DNA from: Podarcis erhardii
Lineage: Eukaryota
NCBI GenBank assembly: GCA_964252035.1
Contig: OZ176203.1
DNA length: 64,000 bases
Direction: 5' to 3' (one strand)
The notes beneath the pieces are model-generated. The model saw nothing but the letters and a program-made list of their open reading frames with translations, was not told the origin of the DNA and made no database searches. Position 1 is the first letter of the stretch. Every line of letters begins with the position of its first letter. Positions 52,201 through 58,200 of this stretch are shown here, piece by piece. The translations under genes were made by a program, and so were the position numbers.

Positions 52201-55200
52201 GACTGGAGTGGAAATTATCTAGATAGGCAATCTCCGGAGGTGGTTCTGGGGGAATAGTCTTCAACCCCTTAGTAAGGGGTCAAGCATGTTTCTCCCTCGT
52301 CCCCCATTCTATTTCATATCTGCACGAAACCACTGAGTGAGGTCTTCTGGAGGTTTGGGATGAGCTGTCATCAATAAATCGGTGGCATCCATCTCTTAGT
52401 CCCATTTTCATCAAATCTGAGTAAAGCAGTGGAAGTACTAAATCAGTGCTTATAATTTCACTAATACACTGGATAAGGACCAATAAACCCAAGCTCAGTC
52501 CAGACAAAACAGAGGTAATATGGATCAGTGATTCTTCTGCTCAAGGGAGAGGTATTTGTCCTATGTTAGATAGCCTTGCACACCCTGGAGGGACAAGCCT
52601 GCAGCTTAAGGATGATCCTTGGTCCATCATTAAAGATAAAGGCACAAGTTGCTTCTGGAGCACAAGGTTCCTTCAACCTGCTTAGACTGGTATACTAGCT
52701 GTGACCCTAGCCTTGTGGCAAGACCACCTGGGAGAATTTTACCTTTATGATTTCTATATAACCATGTATTCTAATGATGATTTCTATATATCCATGTATC
52801 CTAATGATGCTTAAATCACTAAGGCTTCAGTAAGGCTAGAAGTGCCTAAATCTCAGGAATCCAAAGTCTACCTTTGCCCTATTTCTCTCTGCCCTGCTAT
52901 TGTGCTTGAAGGCAACAATAAATCTGATGTGTTGGCATTTTTCTATAGGCAACCTTCCCCAGACTGTTTCTCATGCTCACGAGATGGAGGGTGAGATGGA
53001 GGAACAGGAAAGAGAAGTCTGCCACAGAATGCAGTGTTCTAGCCCAATAACAGATGGGGGGTGTTACTCAGGCTTCAACTGTCAAATAGGTTTCTTTTCC
53101 TCTTTATAGCTGAAAATTAGGGTAAAGGGCATCATGATGCACAATATGGAAAAGCAGAAGTATTCTTTACATGGGCATAGGAAGGGCTCTTGCCCTGCTC
53201 GTTGGCTTGATTTTGCTGCAATATATGAATATGTAATATCTAATGCTGTTTGTAATCAGGTATATAAACCCAATGCCCAAGGGGCTCTGGGACCCAGGCT
53301 CTGGAAAATATTCCACTGGGTCTTTATTGCTCAGCAATAAACTTTGCCTTCTTTTTCGCCACTGCTGTGTCTGTCGATTCTTGGACACATTTTGAGTGGG
53401 CAACTGGTATTCCTTATATGCTTGCAACATACCGGCATCAGTTATCCCTGGTAACCTCTATGCTGGAGTCAAATCACACTTGTGGGCTGCCTTCTGAAGA
53501 CTCTTTTGTATTAGTGCCGAATATGGCTGCCAGGTTACTAACTGGGACTGAGCATTATGATCATATTATGCAGTTTGACATTATTTTGCAACTGTAATTG
53601 TTATCCTAGTTCATAAGTGTAATAATTTTCCAATGGGTAAGAAGCTTGATCAGTCCCAGGATGATATAACTAAGCCAGCCAGATACGTTTTAGTGCTCCT
53701 GATTCATTACAGTTCAATACAAAAGTGTCTTAAATCTTTTTGTAAATTTTATTCTAGAGCGACTGACTGACAACCTGCGTGTTGGACAGACTTCTGTAGT
53801 AGCTGCCCAGATGTTTCTGTTCTTCAGGGTTCTTTTGCTAAGAATTTCCCCTCAGCACCTAACTTCATTATGGCCGATCATGGTGACAGAGCTGGTAAAT
53901 GGTCCTTAGAAACAAGATGAGACAATAGCCTTCAAAATCTCAGGGGAATCTCTATTCTATAGTCCATACTTGCCCCCCCCCGGTCTTGGCCTTTGGCTTG
54001 CAAGCCCATTTGTAGGAAGCCATGGCCACCCACCCTATAGCTGACATCATAAAAAGGGACCCCTGACCATTAGGTCCAGTCGTGGACAACTCAGGTTGCG
54101 ACGCTCATCTCGCTTTATTGGCCGAGGGAGCCGGCGTACAGCTTCCAGGTCATGTGGCCAGCATGACTAAGCCGCTTCTAGCGAACCAGGGCAGTGCACG
54201 GAAACATCGTTTATCTTCCCGCTGCTTATCTACTTGCACTTGACATGCTTTCGAACTGCTAGGTTGGCAGGAGCTGGGACCGAGCAATGGGGGTTCATTC
54301 CTTCGCAGGGATTCGAACTGCTGATCTTCTGATTGGCAAGCCCTAGGCTCTGTGGTTTAACCCACAGCGCCACCCACGTCCCTGACATCACACCTGGGAT
54401 CATATCTGGGGCAAATAAGGATGGGGCTTGGCCTAAAGAGGCTTTGCACACCAAAACCCAGCACTAAGCAAAATGGACCTTCCCACAGATCATTTCATGC
54501 TAGAGCAGGTCAATCTACTTAACAGAACTCAATGCTAAGCAGTAAAGAAACATCATTTGAGGCCTTGCCTTCTAGGAAGGTGCCTTATTTTAGCGGAATC
54601 ATAATAAATTCCTGTAAAGGTAGCTCTCTAGACTGCCAGACTTGTAGACTCTAGGCCTTGAGGGGGAAATGGAGTAGCCCAGTTAATCACCAGTTCCTGA
54701 TCAAGAGTAAAGTAAACAGTTATTTGTTGAAGAATAAGAGTAACATTGCAGAAAAGAAAATTTATAGTGTAACATTTTACAATATCAGCTGATTTTCAAT
54801 CTGAAAGCCGAAATTCTCACCAGGATTGAAACCTAAAGATAAGACCCTAATCCAAGTCCAAATGTAGCACCAAATTTATAGCTCCAAAAGCCAGCCCTCA
54901 GAGGGTGGTTCCCATTATATATATATATATGTCATTTCCATTATATCTTGCACTTCTCTTTCTTCTTACTTTAGCCAAACAATCCTAAATAGAATGGCTG
55001 AGGAAGCCATTTTGCAATAACGCACTAGCAAGCAGATTAAAGAAGTTGATCATCTCACTATTGAAAAAGTTAAAAGGAATGACCCACATGAACAGACCTA
55101 TAGCACTTTTATCTGGGGACAGATAAAAATCCAGCGCACCAGGCCAAAAGGTTTTCCCACCGCTGGTGTAACTAACAGGAAATTTCAGTAAACTGTTGAC

Positions 55201-58200
55201 AGTTGAGCCTTGAGATAGTTCCTATATGCATAATGTAATGTAAAGCTGAGTTAATATGGAATTGTATATATTAATACCTTGTTGATTTCTTCTTTCAATT
55301 TTGCTACCCAGATTCAAGCATTTATACAGCTAGAGGAAGATTTAGCTGAAGAGGAGGAACCAGCAAAGTAAGAATTTTTTTCTGTACATAATAAACAGAT
55401 GATCCTTGGTGAGACCATTCAATGTGGCAGTTGTAGTTTCTTGCGACCTTGTGACCTGTTTCATAAGTCTGCTTCCTTTGGGAAAGAGCCATAGCTCACT
55501 GGTAGAGTGCTTGCTGTCCTAGCAGAAGTTGTCTGGTTCAGTCCCTAGCATCTCCATTTAGAAGGATCAGATAGCAAATAATTGGGGATGCCACTTTCAG
55601 CCTCAATAAGCAATACTGGGCTCGATGGATTGTTAGTCTGACCCTGATATGAGGTAATTTCTTGTGTTCCCAGCTTTGCACAAATAAAATAGGATGAGGA
55701 TCATTGTAGGGAAGACAATGGGCTGGTCCACGCGTGTATTTATATATATTTTTCCCTCAACATCTGATAACTCAGCACCTGATGACAGCTGACAGGTGTG
55801 GCCAGACTAAATTGAAAAAGAAATGTACTTGAAATAACTTTGAAAGTTCGGTCTGTGTTACTAGACTGTGGTGGCTCATTCACAAATGCAGATCATAGTT
55901 TTTATATTGCAGTCACTTCAGGGAATGAACATTTGTCTCAAACCAGGCCAGTAATTTTAAGGGAGGAAAAGTGAAGCCAAAGCTTGCAGATACACAAATG
56001 ATTTGGTAGTGGAATAGCTCCTTATTCGGAAGTTGTATTTCTGAAAGCTGAAAAGTAAGATATGTGGGATAGAATAGTGATGTGCCCCTTTTTTGCTGGA
56101 TGGGTTGGAATATTTGATAAAAGATCAAATTTCACATCATCAGAAATTTGAATGCTATAATGAATACTACTACTGCCGATAAATTGTTCTAGCTTAGCAG
56201 TTTATTTCAATACCAACTATTTGGTACTGAAAGACCATAGTGGACCTTTCCCTGTGGAGCATAACCTCTGGGGGCTCGATAACCACCTTCCAAAGTCTTT
56301 TCAGATGTAGCACATTTGTGTCATAAATAGCATTTCTAATAGCTGCTACCTTGCAGAAGCAAGCTGCAGGTTACACACAAAGTCCCATCTCTCTCATTTT
56401 CCTTTTATGAAAAACAACTGTGATTTTGAGTAGGGTGCTCTTTGGCCTTTTCCCAGCTTGCCATTTTCCCCTTTAAAATCACCTCCCGCCTTTTTCCCAT
56501 AAGTGGGCATCAGATCTATATGTATGTACCTGTTAGGCAGGGCTTCACCCAAGATATGGTAAGAAAGCACATGAAGCCACCAACTTGCTGAAGTTAAAAC
56601 AGGTTTCTGGTACGTGGCTGGATGGGAGACCTCCTAGAAAAACCCCAGGGTCTCCCTGAGGTACATGATGGAAGAAAGGTGGGATATAACTGCAAGGATA
56701 TAAATGTGTAAGTCATTTTTGGTTTGCCTCTTATTCAGCATTTACCTTTTCTTTAAAAATCCAAGAGTAAATATAGCTAGCTCTGTATGTGTTTCAATCC
56801 TTAATTTTCATATTTATGAATTTCGCAGGCACAACAGTAAAATAAGTAAACAGAAAACATCAGAGGGCAATGGCCCATTGCTTGGTGACATACAGCAGAA
56901 TGAGCTTTCCTTGTATTTATCAGCCTGCAAATTCTTGGACACTGCACTTTCTTTCCCACCTGACAAGATGCAATTGTTTCAGATGTAAGCATGCTTATTT
57001 TTATTCCTATGACAGTCAGATAGCACAGCATGTTGAGACACGAGAGCATGTGAAGGTCATCAGGTAGCCCTTGTACATCCCTTTACTGCATTTCCCCCCT
57101 GGCCTTTTTTCTGTTTGTGAGCCATCCATACGCAGGGAGGCCAGATTGTATCCTGCTTTCCTAGTGTCCCATTGCCACCTGGAGACTTTCAATTCATAAG
57201 TAGAAAATGTGGTGGGTGCCTTTTTGCCTTCGTGGTGTGATAGTTTAGTTTATGGTGCTGCAATAAGAATAGGCATCCCACTACTGTCCTCTGCACAGTT
57301 CACTGCCAAACCTATATTAGTTGCTCCCACCCTGATGGCATGACGGGAGATGGTGCTGTCCATTGGTCATGTGTGCTGAACCGAAACGAGTTGAATGATT
57401 GTGCCCAATAACCTGTTAGATGATTGTGTGCTGTCAGAAATTCAGCAAAGTGATTCAATTTCCCACAGCAGCCAAAGTGTAACAGAGGTTGTTTCACTTA
57501 ATAAATACAAAACACACTATACACAGTTGCTTCAAGAAGGCTTCTCTCTCTGAGCCCAGAGAAGGTTTTCAGCTTTCAGAGTTCTTGCTTAAAGTTCTCA
57601 GCAAGTCCAAGGCCACCAAACTCCTGCAACTTCAGTCTTCTGTCTCTTCTCCACAATTTTTCTCCATGCAGAATGCTTCTGATATAGGCAAGAACTACAT
57701 GCTAAGGCTGCACAGCACAAAGACTAAGACAGTCACAAGTTGTCTGTAGCTGCATCCTGGTGGAAAACAACACATTTTTTTACCAACTTATGGAGGATTA
57801 ACTCATTCCTTAACCAGGAATAGGTTTTCACCACAGTGGAATCGACATTTACACTTGTCACATATAAGGACTGTATAGAGAACTCCACAATTTTCTACAT
57901 GAGAAGGGCTTCCCAGAATAAAATTGTTTTCTTAAGTGAAAGGCCCATAAAGAACAGTGGTGAACTGGCATAACTTCATTGACAACGTTTTCCCATAGAA
58001 TATGGGGGGGGGGCTAACCTTTTTCAAGCTGTGGGCTGTGTTGACGGTCATCCACCCATCTGAGAACCATGGGTCAGTGGCAAACCTGGCCAATGCAAGT
58101 GTGGGAATGTGCACACATGCATACTACAGAACACATGGACCCTCACCAGACATGCAGTCACACAGTTCATGCTCACTTTCTCATATGTGCACTCACACAA

